A DNA stretch of 32,000 nt from Wolbachia endosymbiont strain TRS of Brugia malayi (GTDB lineage: Bacteria > Pseudomonadota > Alphaproteobacteria > Rickettsiales > Anaplasmataceae). The DNA is taken from positions 600,001 to 632,000 of the forward strand of contig NC_006833.1 of assembly GCF_000008385.1 (NCBI RefSeq), in the 5' to 3' direction. The notes under the pieces are model-generated. The model ran no database searches. It was not told the DNA's origin and worked only from the letters and a program-made list of their open reading frames with translations. The translations under genes and the position numbers were made by a program. Shown piece after piece: positions 9,828-19,889 of this stretch (position 1 is the first letter of the stretch; every line of letters begins with the position of its first letter).

Positions 9828-11094
9828 TCAAAAATGAGACCAATCTGGTAAATAGGCACTTGTAGGAGTAGAAATTATTTTATGGCTTTTCTTTGCTAAG
9901 TCTACTAAATACAGTTTAGAACTGCTCTGTGATTCTGTTTTTGTAAAGATATTCCTCTGCCATTTGACAGCCATGCTGGGATTTGATTTATGCTTCTCTG
10001 AAAGCAAACGTTCTTCTTTGTCATCTGACTTCATAATTCCTATATAAAAATTTCCTGGTTGAATCTTTGTAAAAACTATAAGACCACGCTTTGGTGACCA
10101 AACAGGTGTAGCATATCTCCACTTCCAAAACTAATTCTCTTAGATTCTTTACTTTTTTTTGTAAAATCAATAATGTAAAGTTGCTGACTTCCACTCACAT
10201 CAGAACCAAAAACCATGTATTTCTGGTCTGGAGAAAAAGATGGGGAAGTACTTATAGCTAAACTTTTAGTAATTTTTCTCGTACGTTTACTGCTTAAACC
10301 TAAAGATAATATATTTGTCTCACCACCAAATGAATGAGAAATGAGAAGAGATTTGCAATCAGGAAAAAAACTAGGAGCAGAAATAACACCTTCAAATATA
10401 CCAACTATTGATTTAGTATTTTTTTTAAACTCTTCCATATCATATAGCTTCTGCCATCCAAATATGAGATATAAACAATACTCTCCTCATTTGGTGAAAC
10501 CCTAGTATTGACACAAATTTATCGCCGTTTGTTAAGTATTTTATATCGCTTTCATCTTGATTCACAACAGCAATTCTGCGTATGGACTTGTAATTACTAT
10601 CTCTTTACTTCTGCAATGTACTCTATTTTCGTGTTAAAATGCCCCTTTTCACCAATTAATCTATCATGTACTGCATCCGAAATAAGATTAGTAATTTTTC
10701 TCTAGTCTTTTGCAGGAAAAACAACTGACTGGGTAAATAACTCTCCTTTTACAAAAGAATCAAACAAATGAAATGATAGCTCTAAGGCACTACCAGATAC
10801 TTTGTTTAAACTTACTGTAACTAACATACCGCTCTTCCAAGGTTTTTGAATGACATGATTTTATAGCCCCTACGCCTTGTTCTATATTAAATAAACCGCA
10901 ATTGGATAAATTTTTCTCAATCATTTTTGTAATGCTTTCACTTAATTCACTTTCCAGCTTTGTCTTGCATGTACATTTGGACACAACAAAGCTGATATTA
11001 CCAACACTATCCTTTCTTACATCAACTACAAAGCAGCTTTAGTAAAATAAGAAATAAATAACGGAAGAAGTAATATTAGCTGAACAAGTAAATT
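9828..11094 (-). pseudogene. tolB: tolB pseudogene (Tol-Pal beta-propeller protein), multiple frameshifts and stops
   Basis: Reading the minus strand across frames gives a signal peptide MNLLVQLILLLPLFISYFTKA, then VVDVRKDSVGNIS, LSESITKMIEKNLSNCGLFNI, then propeller repeats VSPNEESIVYISYLDG, EGVISAPSFFPDCKSLLIS, SLAISTSPSFSPDQKYMVFGSDVSGSQQLYIIDF and LYLVDLAKKSHKIISTPTSAYLPDWS. Confidence 0.8.
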
Positions 11095-11220
11095 CATTAG
11101 ACTTTCTCCCTCCCAGCAAGCGTTTATTTTGAAGGTAAACTGCATACAGATGACGCCATGAAAGTAGCTGATACACGACTGTTCAAATCCTCGTATTACA
11201 GCACGTGGCATCAGCTTCTG

Positions 11221-11400
11221 GTGTTATTCCAGTATATGACACTGGAATTCAGTTTTTTGGTAATTTCATCGAAAATGTTGCGCAGTGCGCTTTTTCACAA
11301 GCAATTTTTCTAGATCCCAGTGTCACGCACTGGGATGACACCCTCCTGGTAAACTCAAACACAATGCTTGTACAGCTGTATGCTTGACACAGGTCCTTTG
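11221..11400. repeat. Wolbachia-type palindromic intergenic repeat cluster
   Basis: ATTCCAGT-ATATGAC-ACTGGAAT (11226-11248) and ATCCCAGTG-TCACG-CACTGGGAT (11314-11336, 9-bp perfect arms), followed by ACAATGCTTGTACAGCTGTATGCTTG (11361-11386), which recurs inverted near 20951-20975. Confidence 0.75.
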
Positions 11401-11488
11401 TTTCTAGATTTTAGCGCCACATACTGAAATGACAAGGAGTACATTGTTAACCTCTTACTTAAATAATGGTTAAAAAAAGAGGTTTATT

Positions 11489-13156
11489 TCATACCTGTTC
11501 TATCTGGACCTCAATTATAGGTCTTTTCAGTAAATATTCCTTTAAGATACTAAATATTAAGCTCTCAATCTTATTTCTTACTTTTTTTGTCGACTGTAAA
11601 TTAAATGCTGACTCAACCGCCTTTATGATCCTTTGTATGATAGCTGCATCTTCTACTGCTTCTAAAACACCAGGCGCAAATACTTTTGGTTTAGCCAGCA
11701 ATTTATTTCTCTTGTTTACAATTGCTGTCACTACAATAGTTCCAGCATCCCTCATCTTCTTACGCATTCTTATAACATTACTCCCCGGATGACGTAGCAA
11801 AATACCATCAACACCAAAATAGTTAACATTAATTGAATCAACTTTCTTTCCGTTCTCCAAGTTAACAATATCACCCGGTGCAATCATTATTGCTTTTTCC
11901 ACACCACACTCTTTAGCAAATTTTACATGTGCATGCGTATGAATATACTCACCATGGACTGGAATAGACATTTTAGGTTTTATCAAAGAATACATTTCTC
12001 TTAGCTCTGCCTTGACTGGATGTCCAGAAGCATGAACACATTCTGTTTTCTCAGTAACAATCTCCACTCCCATTTCAATGAAAGCATTGAATATAACATG
12101 TGCACGAGTTTCATTACCAGGAATAATCTTTGACGAAAAAATTACTGTATCACCTTGTTGCATTTTAAATGCATGATGACTCTTATTAGCAAGTTTTGAG
12201 ATTGCCGCCATTGGCTCGCCTTGGCAACCAGTGCAGATTAATAATAACTTTTCCCTTGGCAAATCTGCCACATCTTTTACTTCACAAAATTCAACAGAAT
12301 CGGTTAAATACCCACTATTTTGTGCAACTCTTACTATTCTCCACAAGGACCTACCAAGCAAAACCACTTTTCTACCTAGTACCTTTGCAACTTGGCCTAT
12401 CGTTTCAATCCGTGCCACGTTTGAAGCAAATAACGACACAGCAACTAGTTTTTTAGACCGCCTTATTATATTATAAATATTGTTATAAATTTCACTTTCT
12501 GATTCAGGATTATGCTTGCCTAACACATTTGTTGAATCACAAATTGCTGCAAGCAGATTACCTTTATCACCAATTTCTTTTAAACGACTTATATTAGAAG
12601 TTAAACCAACAATAGGTTTTTGATCGAATTTCCAATCACCAGTATGAAGCGCGCTGCCCACATCAGTGCTAACTAATATTGAATGTGCTTCAGGAATTGA
12701 ATGAGTTACATTTATAAACTCAACAGTGAAAGGACTTAAATTTATACTGCCGTTTATATCCACCTCCTTCACAGATACCATACCTTCCAGCCGAAATTCC
12801 TTCAGTTTTTCCTTGAGAAAATTAGCTGTGAACTTTGTTGTATATATGGGACATTGTAACTCTTTCCACAAGTAAGGCACTGCACCGCAGTGGTCTTCAT
12901 GTGCATGCGTAATTATTATTCCAAGCAAATCTTTCTTCCTTTGAGCAATAAAACTTACATCAGCAATTAATAGCTCAATACCTGGCATAGTTTCATCGGC
13001 AAAACCAATACCAAGGTCAATCATAATCCACTTGCCTCGGTAATGATACAGGTTAACATTCATCCCAATCCTGCCTACCCCTCCAAGTGGAAGAAATAAA
13101 AATTCGTTTTTGTTTATATTCATTAATTTTAAATTATTAAAATGTGAGGATAGCAA
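11489..13156 (-). CDS. ribonuclease J family beta-CASP metallo-hydrolase
   Basis: 555-aa ORF, likely start at 13123 (MNINKNEFLFLPLGGVGRIGMN). Metallo-beta-lactamase motifs ITHAHEDHCGAVPYLW, HSIPEAHSILV and HTGDWKFDQ; beta-CASP region with SSKIIPGNE and HASGHPVKAELREMYSLIKPKMSIPVHGEYIHTHAHVKFA. Confidence 0.93.
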   Translation of the reverse strand: MLSSHFNNLKLMNINKNEFLFLPLGGVGRIGMNVNLYHYRGKWIMIDLGIGFADETMPGIELLIADVSFIAQRKKDLLGIIITHAHEDHCGAVPYLWKELQCPIYTTKFTANFLKEKLKEFRLEGMVSVKEVDINGSINLSPFTVEFINVTHSIPEAHSILVSTDVGSALHTGDWKFDQKPIVGLTSNISRLKEIGDKGNLLAAICDSTNVLGKHNPESESEIYNNIYNIIRRSKKLVAVSLFASNVARIETIGQVAKVLGRKVVLLGRSLWRIVRVAQNSGYLTDSVEFCEVKDVADLPREKLLLICTGCQGEPMAAISKLANKSHHAFKMQQGDTVIFSSKIIPGNETRAHVIFNAFIEMGVEIVTEKTECVHASGHPVKAELREMYSLIKPKMSIPVHGEYIHTHAHVKFAKECGVEKAIMIAPGDIVNLENGKKVDSINVNYFGVDGILLRHPGSNVIRMRKKMRDAGTIVVTAIVNKRNKLLAKPKVFAPGVLEAVEDAAIIQRIIKAVESAFNLQSTKKVRNKIESLIFSILKEYLLKRPIIEVQIEQV

Positions 13157-13359
13157 AACTTCGGTTTTAAATAAAGGAGTTTGTTACTTTCAATAACCCT
13201 AAGGAGAAAAAGAAATCCTCAAGATTTTAGCTACTCTATTTACCAAAACTTATATCCAATGCAAGGTCGATATATACTCAATTTGACCACAAACATTACT
13301 TTTAACCACAGTTGACTTTATCTAGTTAATATTCTAAATTGTAAAAAACAGATAGTTTT

Positions 13360-14172
13360 ATGGCAATAAGTCTACTACAAGGCAAAAAGGGATTAATAAC
13401 TGGAATAATAAACAAGAGATCGATAGCGTACGGTATAGTAAAAACTCTCTCAGAGCATGGTGCAGAATCTGCAGTCACTTACCAGAATGAAATAGTAAAA
13501 GAGAGATTATTATCAATAGCAGCTGAATTAAATGTGGAGCTAGTATTAAACTGTGATGTTGCAAATGAAGGAACTATAGATGATGTTTTCAAGTCAATAG
13601 AAGAAAAATGGGGTACCCTTGATTTTTTGGTACATGCAATTGCATTCTCTGACAAAAACGAATTAAGCGGCAAGTACGTTAATACTTCACTGAACAATTT
13701 CCAAAATGCAATGAATATATCATGCTATTCTTTCACTGCCTTAGCACAGAGGGCTGAAAAAATGATGCCAAATGGCGGCAGTTTACTTACTTTATCTTAT
13801 TATGGTGCTGAAAAAGTTATGCCAAATTATAACGTCATGGGCTTGTGTAAAGCAGCACTTGAAGCAAGTGTAAAGTATCTAGCATGTGACTTGGGTCCAC
13901 AAAACATCAGAGTAAATGCCATTTCTGCTGGTCCAATCAGAACTTTAGCGTCTTCTGGAATAAGTGATTTTCACTTCATATCAGAATGGAACAGAAATAA
14001 TTCTCCTCTTAGACGCAACACTACTCTTGAGGATGTTGGAAAAGCAGCACTATATTTATTAAGTGACCTAAGTAGTGGTACTACCGGAGAAATTTTACAT
14101 GTTGATTCAGGATATAATGTTGTAGGGATGAAGGCAATTGATTCAAATATAATTAATAGCTACCAAAATTGA
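13360..14172 (+). CDS. fabI: enoyl-[acyl-carrier-protein] reductase (NADH)
   Basis: 270-aa ORF. GKKGLITGIINKRSIAYGIVKTLSEHGAE, LDFLVHAIAFSDKNEL, YYGAEKVMPNYNVMGLCKAALEASVKYLACDLG, NAISAGPIRTLASSGI. Confidence 0.95.
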   Translation: MAISLLQGKKGLITGIINKRSIAYGIVKTLSEHGAESAVTYQNEIVKERLLSIAAELNVELVLNCDVANEGTIDDVFKSIEEKWGTLDFLVHAIAFSDKNELSGKYVNTSLNNFQNAMNISCYSFTALAQRAEKMMPNGGSLLTLSYYGAEKVMPNYNVMGLCKAALEASVKYLACDLGPQNIRVNAISAGPIRTLASSGISDFHFISEWNRNNSPLRRNTTLEDVGKAALYLLSDLSSGTTGEILHVDSGYNVVGMKAIDSNIINSYQN

Positions 14173-14249
14173 AAATCGAGCATAAGAAAAAAGCCTTCTA
14201 AAAACTGGTAACATGATTTATAATTACTGTCATAAGCTTTAAATACTTT

Positions 14250-14732
14250 ATGCTCAAGAAACTAGCTTGGTATTGGTCCTTCGTAGAGTTGATCAAAGGA
14301 TTTATTATTACCCTCAGGTATGCGTTTAAACCGAAGGTTACGCTTAAGTATCCTATGGAAAAGGGTCCACTAAGCCCAAGATTTCGTGGCGAGCATGCAT
14401 TGCGTAGATACTCAAACGGTGAAGAACGGTGCATAGCTTGTAAACTATGTGAAGTTATCTGCCCCGCCCAAGCAATAGTTATTGAAGCAGAGGAAAGAGA
14501 AGATGGTAGCCGCCGCACTACGCGTTATGATATTGATATGACAAAGTGCATATATTGTGGGCTTTGCCAGGAGGCATGTCCTGTTGATGCAATTGTCGAG
14601 GGTCCTAATTTTGAGTTTGCAACAGAAACAAGAGAAGAGCTAATGTATAATAAAGAAAAGCTATTGCGTAATGGTGAAATTTGGGAAGAAGCAATAGCAC
14701 TCAGACTAAAAAAGGATGTATCGTACCACTAA
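14250..14732 (+). CDS. nuoI: NADH-quinone oxidoreductase subunit I (two 4Fe-4S clusters)
   Basis: 160-aa [35 protein letters not shown] and [40 protein letters not shown]. Confidence 0.97.
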   Translation: MLKKLAWYWSFVELIKGFIITLRYAFKPKVTLKYPMEKGPLSPRFRGEHALRRYSNGEERCIACKLCEVICPAQAIVIEAEEREDGSRRTTRYDIDMTKCIYCGLCQEACPVDAIVEGPNFEFATETREELMYNKEKLLRNGEIWEEAIALRLKKDVSYH

Positions 14733-14767
14733 TGCTAGAAGTTTACAATATTAGACCTCTGTTATTC

Positions 14768-14821
14768 CAGCATCCTCTCATGTCATCCCAGTGCTTGACA
14801 CTGGGATCCAGAAAAAAACGT
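14768..14821. repeat. palindromic intergenic repeat between nuoI and thrS
   Basis: ATCCCAGTG-CTTGA-CACTGGGAT (14785-14807) has the same 9-bp arms as the element at 11314-11336, and is followed by CCAGAAAAAAACG. Confidence 0.7.
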
Positions 14822-14873
14822 GGTCACATACTGGCAAATACTGACCTCCGCTTATTACACAAGAGTTCCACTT

Positions 14874-16772
14874 ATGATCAGAATTACTTTTTTAGCAAAA
14901 CAAAAAGTAGAAGAATATAGTAGTAGAGTTACTGGTTTTGATATACTACAACCAGATATTTCAAAGGAAGCAATTGCCTTAAGGGTAAACGGTGAGTTGT
15001 ATGATCTCTCACGTGAAATTGAATCTGATACAGAAATAGATGTGATACAACTTAATGATGAAGAGGGTTTGGATATAATAAGGCACGATGCTGCTCATAT
15101 AATGGCTCAGGCAGTGAAAGAGCTCTTTCCTAATGCCCAGGTTACTATCGGCCCAACAATTCAGGACGGGTTCTACTACGATTTTGCTATAGATCATACT
15201 TTTACCACGGACGATCTTGCTGCAATAGAAAAGAAAATGAAAGAAATTATAAAAAGTAACCACAGATTTATTCGAGAAGTTTGGGCCCGTAAGCAAGCAA
15301 TTAATTTTTTTAGTAGTATAGGTGAAAAATACAAGGTTGATATTATTTCCTCCATACCAGAGAGCGAAGATCTAACTGTTTATAGACAAGGTGATTTTGT
15401 TGACTTATGTCGCGGTCCACACTCTCCTTCAACTAGCAGAGTTAAAGCGTTTAAACTCATGAAAGTCGCAGGAGCATATTGGCGTGGCAATGTAAAGGGC
15501 CCAATGTTGCAGCGAATATATGGTACTGCATGGCGAAACAAAGACGAACTAAACATTTATCTTAAACGTCTGGAAGAGGCAAAAAAACGTGACCATCGCA
15601 GAATCGCTAAGGATATGGACTTGTTTCATATTCAAGAGGAAGCTGTTGGACAAGTTTTTTGGCATGAACAGGGATATACTTTATATAACGTTCTTGAGTC
15701 TTACATAAGGAAAAAATTAATAAACAATGGCTATGCTGAGGTAAAAACTCCTATCTTAGTAAGCAAGGAGTTGTGGGAAAAATCAGGGCATTGGGATAAG
15801 TTTCGTGAAAACATGTTTATCGTTGACGAATCTGAGAGTAAAAAACTAGCAATAAAACCCATGAATTGCCCTTGCCATGTGCAGATTTTTAACTCTTATA
15901 CAAGAAGCTATCGTAATTTACCAATACGTATGGCAGAATTCGGCATGTGCCATAGGAATGAAAGCTCAGGTTCATTACATGGACTAATGCGAGTACGCGG
16001 TTTTACACAAGATGACGCACACATTTTTTGCATGGAAGAACAAGTTAATTCTGAGACTGTAAAATTCTGTGCTCTTTTAAAAGAAGTATATTCAGAGCTT
16101 GGATTCAATGAAATTTCTGTGAAATTCTCAGACCGTCCAAATGTTAGAGCAGGAGACAATGAAGTGTGGGATAGAGCTGAAAAAGCGTTGCTTGAAGCCG
16201 TTAAAGAAGCAGGACTCAGTTATGAACTTAACCCGGGTGAAGGTGCATTCTATGGTCCAAAGTTAGAGTTTATTTTGAAAGACGCAATAGGCAGAAGTTG
16301 GCAATGTGGAACGCTGCAAGTTGACTTCATTTTACCAGAACGTCTGGGGGCCTTTTACATAGGAGCAGACGGACAAAAATATCACCCTGTTATGTTGCAC
16401 AGAGCAATCCTTGGAACTTTTGAACGTTTTATTGGAATTTTAATAGAGCACTATGCAGGAAAATTTCCGCTATGGCTCGCTCCAACACAACTTGTTATTT
16501 TAACCGTCACAAATGAAGCTGACAATTATGCCACAGAAATTAGTAACGTTTTAAAAGAACAAGGTGTCAGGGTTAAGACCGATTTAACCAATGAGAAAGT
16601 TAGTTATAAGATACGCTTGCATAGTTCAAACAAGGTGCCTATATTATGGATTGTAGGCAAAAATGAAGTTGCAAGCAAAACTGTATCAGTGAGAAATTTA
16701 GGATCAGAGAAGCAGGAGTCTTCTTCTTGTGAAAAGGCTGTTAAACTGCTATTAAAGAAAGTATTAATTTAA
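14874..16772 (+). CDS. thrS: threonyl-tRNA synthetase
   Basis: The ORF track opens at 14820, but the homologous protein most likely starts at ATG 14874 ([17 protein letters not shown]). TGS domain, [118 protein letters not shown]. Confidence 0.96.
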   Translation: MIRITFLAKQKVEEYSSRVTGFDILQPDISKEAIALRVNGELYDLSREIESDTEIDVIQLNDEEGLDIIRHDAAHIMAQAVKELFPNAQVTIGPTIQDGFYYDFAIDHTFTTDDLAAIEKKMKEIIKSNHRFIREVWARKQAINFFSSIGEKYKVDIISSIPESEDLTVYRQGDFVDLCRGPHSPSTSRVKAFKLMKVAGAYWRGNVKGPMLQRIYGTAWRNKDELNIYLKRLEEAKKRDHRRIAKDMDLFHIQEEAVGQVFWHEQGYTLYNVLESYIRKKLINNGYAEVKTPILVSKELWEKSGHWDKFRENMFIVDESESKKLAIKPMNCPCHVQIFNSYTRSYRNLPIRMAEFGMCHRNESSGSLHGLMRVRGFTQDDAHIFCMEEQVNSETVKFCALLKEVYSELGFNEISVKFSDRPNVRAGDNEVWDRAEKALLEAVKEAGLSYELNPGEGAFYGPKLEFILKDAIGRSWQCGTLQVDFILPERLGAFYIGADGQKYHPVMLHRAILGTFERFIGILIEHYAGKFPLWLAPTQLVILTVTNEADNYATEISNVLKEQGVRVKTDLTNEKVSYKIRLHSSNKVPILWIVGKNEVASKTVSVRNLGSEKQESSSCEKAVKLLLKKVLI

Positions 16773-16789
16773 GTTAAGGGAGCTAAAAC

Positions 16790-17299
16790 TTGCAAGTTAA
16801 AAAAAATAGAATTAATGAGTTCATTACAGCTAAGGAGGTACGTTTAGTTGACCATAATGGCGAAATGGTTGGAGTTGTATCAATAGGAAGAGCCTTGACA
16901 TTTGCACAAAACGTCGGTTTAGACTTGGTGGAAGTTGCACCTGATTCAATTCCTCCAGTATGTAAAATACTGGATTATAGCAAACAAAAGTATGATGCAA
17001 AAAAGAAGGCAAGTGAGGCGAAAAAGAAACAAAAAACATTAACTATAAAAGAAATTAAACTAGGTCCCAACATTGGTGATCATGACTATGAAACAAAATT
17101 GCGTCACGCAAGGGATTTTCTTACACATGGACATAAAATTAAAGTTACAATGAAATTTAAAGGTAGAGAGCTGATAAATACTGAAGTTGGGCTGGAAAAA
17201 TTAGAACGGCTAATTAGGGACACTGAGGATATTGCAAAAATAGAATCAGCACCTAAACGGGAAGGAAATCAATATTTCTTAGCTCTGACTACCAAGTAG
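16790..17299 (+). CDS. infC: translation initiation factor IF-3
   Basis: 169-aa ORF with TTG start. NRINEFITAKEVRLVDHNGEMVGVVSI, LVEVAPDSIPPVCKILDYSKQKYDAKKKASEAKKKQKTLTIKEIKLGPNIGDHDYETK, KVTMKFKGRE. Confidence 0.96.
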   Translation: MQVKKNRINEFITAKEVRLVDHNGEMVGVVSIGRALTFAQNVGLDLVEVAPDSIPPVCKILDYSKQKYDAKKKASEAKKKQKTLTIKEIKLGPNIGDHDYETKLRHARDFLTHGHKIKVTMKFKGRELINTEVGLEKLERLIRDTEDIAKIESAPKREGNQYFLALTTK

Positions 17300-17535
17300 C
17301 AGAATTTACTAAATAAAACCTTTGACTAGTTCTTATTTAAATAAACGACTACATTTTATAATTTTTAAGGGCGATCAAGGATTGGCTTTATCTTTCTTAA
17401 GCTCTCCATTAATTTAAAACAGATTTTGTTTTAAATTAAAAAGAAAACTGCTTGCATCTTGAAATTTGGTGCAAGTAAGATTGAATATTTGGAAAAAATA
17501 GTGTATTACTATTAATACCATTTAAGTTAATTTAT

Positions 17536-18390
17536 TATAGCACTTTCTAAATTCCTTACCAAAATTGGACCTGACTTTCAAGAAGATCTTTGGCACGGAA
17601 GAAATAAGAATATTCTTGTCCATTTTTGAGCGATGTTTTAGGGTATACTGAAGTTAATACTATGCAAGAAATAGAATTCATCAGCGTCATTATGAATTCT
17701 AAATTTGCTTCTGAGAAACAAAGCATGGTTGGTGTTCTCTGCAAGGATTCTGTTGGTAATAAGTTTGTGGTTGAAGTGGAGCTCACTCGTGACAAGGACT
17801 TTGAAAAACGTATTCAATATTACGTTGCCAAAGCTTCTCAAGGCAATCTGGTGGATATCATAATTTACACAAAAGATTTTCTTTATTACAATATCAAATT
17901 GTACTTTATTTCCCGATGAGTCCAATTATATATCTAGCCATACCATAAGAGACGATGAAACTAATGAGCATGATTTACAAGATTTTCAATTCGTATTCAT
18001 TGAACTATCTAAATTTCCTAAAGGTAAAGTAGACCAATTAACAAGCATAGTAGAACGCTGGTGTTTCTTTATTTAAGTATGCAGAAGAAACAACAGATAA
18101 AAATTTAAAGAAGATAGCAGGAGAAGTATTAATAATAAATTAAGCATATGATGAGTTAAACAAGTTTCACTGGGATGAAAAGGACCTAAACAGCGTATGA
18201 AGAAAGAATAATGGATCTGTACAAAGAGGAAGCTATCCTTGAACAGAAACTTGGAAGGTATAGAAGAAGGAAAAATTGAAGTAGCAAAGGCAATGCTGGC
18301 TGATAATGTTGACACCAACACTATTGTCAAGTTTACTGGTCTTTCCATTAGTGAAATTGAAAGGATTGCAAGATCAAGTAGAAATCAGTG
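17536..18390 (+). pseudogene. Rpn / PD-(D/E)XK nuclease family transposase remnant
   Basis: Fragments DVLGYTEVNTMQEIEFISVIMNSKFASEKQSMVGVLCKDSVGNKFVVEVELTRDKDFEKRIQYYVAKASQ (17626..17919), then DLQDFQFVFIELSKFPKGKVDQLTSIVERWCFF, then EGKIEVAKAMLADNVDTNTIVKFTGLSISEIERIARSS, in different frames. Confidence 0.75.
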
Positions 18391-18411
18391 ACGGTGACAA
18401 AAGCTCTTGTT

Positions 18412-19686
18412 TTAATAAACAGAGAGTTTAGTAATTGCTCTCTCTTCGATAACGTGGCGAAAATGTCTGATTAATCCTTGAATTGGCCAAGCTGCAGCAT
18501 CACCAAGTGCGCAAATTGTATTGCCTTCTATTTGAGTTGTAAGGTCAAGTAATTTATCTATTTCACCATGCTTAATATTTCCTGTTACCATTCTTTTCAT
18601 AATTCTCCACATCCATCCAGTACCCTCGCGACATGGTGTGCACTGTCCACATGATTCATGCATATAGAAGTGCGATAACCTCTCTATTGCAGCTATTATA
18701 TCAGTCGATTTATCCATCACTATTACAGCAGCAGTACCAAGCCCTGACTGTGCTGCTCTTAATGAATCAAAATCCATTTTAATAATATCACATATAGACT
18801 TTGGAATTAATGATACTGAAGACCCACCAGGTATTACAGCAAGTAAGTTATCCCAACCTCCTCGTACTCCACCCGCATATTCTTCAATCAACTCACGTAG
18901 CGGAATTCCAAGTTCCTCTTCAACATTACACGGGTTATTTACATGCCCTGAAACACAAAAGATCTTAGTACCAGTATTATTTGGTTTGCCAAGAGATGCA
19001 AACCACTCCCCTCCACGATACAGAATGTCTGGAACCATAGCTATAGTCTCAACGTTGTTTATCGTGGTTGGGCAGCCAAAAAGTCCAACACCAGCAGGAA
19101 ATGGAGGCTTCATACGGGGAAAGCCCTTTTTTCCTTCGATCGATTCAAGCTGAGCTGTTTCTTCTCCACATATGTAAGCCCCTGCACCTCTATGGATAAA
19201 CACGTTAAGATCATAACTTGATTTGCATGCATTTTTTCCTATTAGGCCTTCTTTATACGCTTCTTCAAGTGCTTGTTTTAAAACTAAATATTCATTATAA
19301 AATTCACCCCTAATGTAAATATATGCAACAGATGCACTAATTGCTCTGCTAGCCAAGAGAACTCCCTCAAGTAACTTGTGTGGCTCATACCGCAATATAT
19401 CTCTATCTTTACATGTACCAGGTTCTGATTCATCCGCATTGACTACTAAGTATGTTGGCTGCTCTTTTGAAGGATTCTTGGGCATAAAGCTCCATTTAAG
19501 ACCAGTAGAAAATCCTGCACCCCCTCGACCTCTTAAGCCAGATTTTCTTACTTCATCAATAATTTTTTCTGACCCTAAATCCAATAATTCTTTTGTTTTT
19601 TGCCAACTACCACGTTTTTTTGCACCCTTGAGTAGTGGAGTTTCTTTACCACTCAAATTAGTGAATATTTTGTCCTGTTCTTTCAC
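18412..19686 (-). CDS. nuoF: NADH-quinone oxidoreductase subunit F
   Basis: 424-aa ORF, GTG start at 19686. [100 protein letters not shown]. Confidence 0.97.
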   Translation of the reverse strand: MKEQDKIFTNLSGKETPLLKGAKKRGSWQKTKELLDLGSEKIIDEVRKSGLRGRGGAGFSTGLKWSFMPKNPSKEQPTYLVVNADESEPGTCKDRDILRYEPHKLLEGVLLASRAISASVAYIYIRGEFYNEYLVLKQALEEAYKEGLIGKNACKSSYDLNVFIHRGAGAYICGEETAQLESIEGKKGFPRMKPPFPAGVGLFGCPTTINNVETIAMVPDILYRGGEWFASLGKPNNTGTKIFCVSGHVNNPCNVEEELGIPLRELIEEYAGGVRGGWDNLLAVIPGGSSVSLIPKSICDIIKMDFDSLRAAQSGLGTAAVIVMDKSTDIIAAIERLSHFYMHESCGQCTPCREGTGWMWRIMKRMVTGNIKHGEIDKLLDLTTQIEGNTICALGDAAAWPIQGLIRHFRHVIEERAITKLSVY

Positions 19687-19706
19687 TATGATTCCCGAGA
19701 CCTTAG

Positions 19707-19779
19707 TGATCCCGGCGCGAATCGAACGCGCGACCCACTGATTAAAAGTCAGTTGCTCTACCGGCTGAGCTACGGGATC
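19707..19779 (-). tRNA. tRNA-Lys (anticodon UUU)
   Basis: Minus strand GATCCCGTAGCTCAGCCGGTAGAGCAACTGACTTTTAATCAGTGGGTCGCGCGTTCGATTCGCGCCGGGATCA. Acceptor pairs GATCCCG/CGGGATC, anticodon stem CTGAC..GTCAG-type with loop containing TTT, T-loop GTTCGATTC. Confidence 0.93.
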
Positions 19780-19889
19780 ATTTTATTTTTCAGCTATATT
19801 AAACAGTAATACAGATTTTATCCGTTTTAATCAAACTAAAATTTTCATATGTGGTTAAATAAATTATATAATAGAATTTTTGCACTCAA

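Noticed and set aside
11205-11387. 60-aa ORF MASASGVIPVYDTGIQFFGN...
   Set aside because: Its sequence is a translation of the palindromic repeat, so it is not counted as a gene.
11466-11792. Plus-strand ORF 11466..11792 and 12231..12476
   Set aside because: Antisense to the ribonuclease J family gene.
18073-18348. Minus-strand ORF 18073..18348
   Set aside because: The plus strand here carries readable transposase-family fragments; the antisense ORF is low-complexity Leu/Ser/Phe-rich.
19376-19741. 121-aa plus-strand ORF overlapping the 5' end of nuoF and part of the tRNA
   Set aside because: Antisense to nuoF and runs into the tRNA-Lys gene; the peptide contains the complement of conserved nuoF codons.
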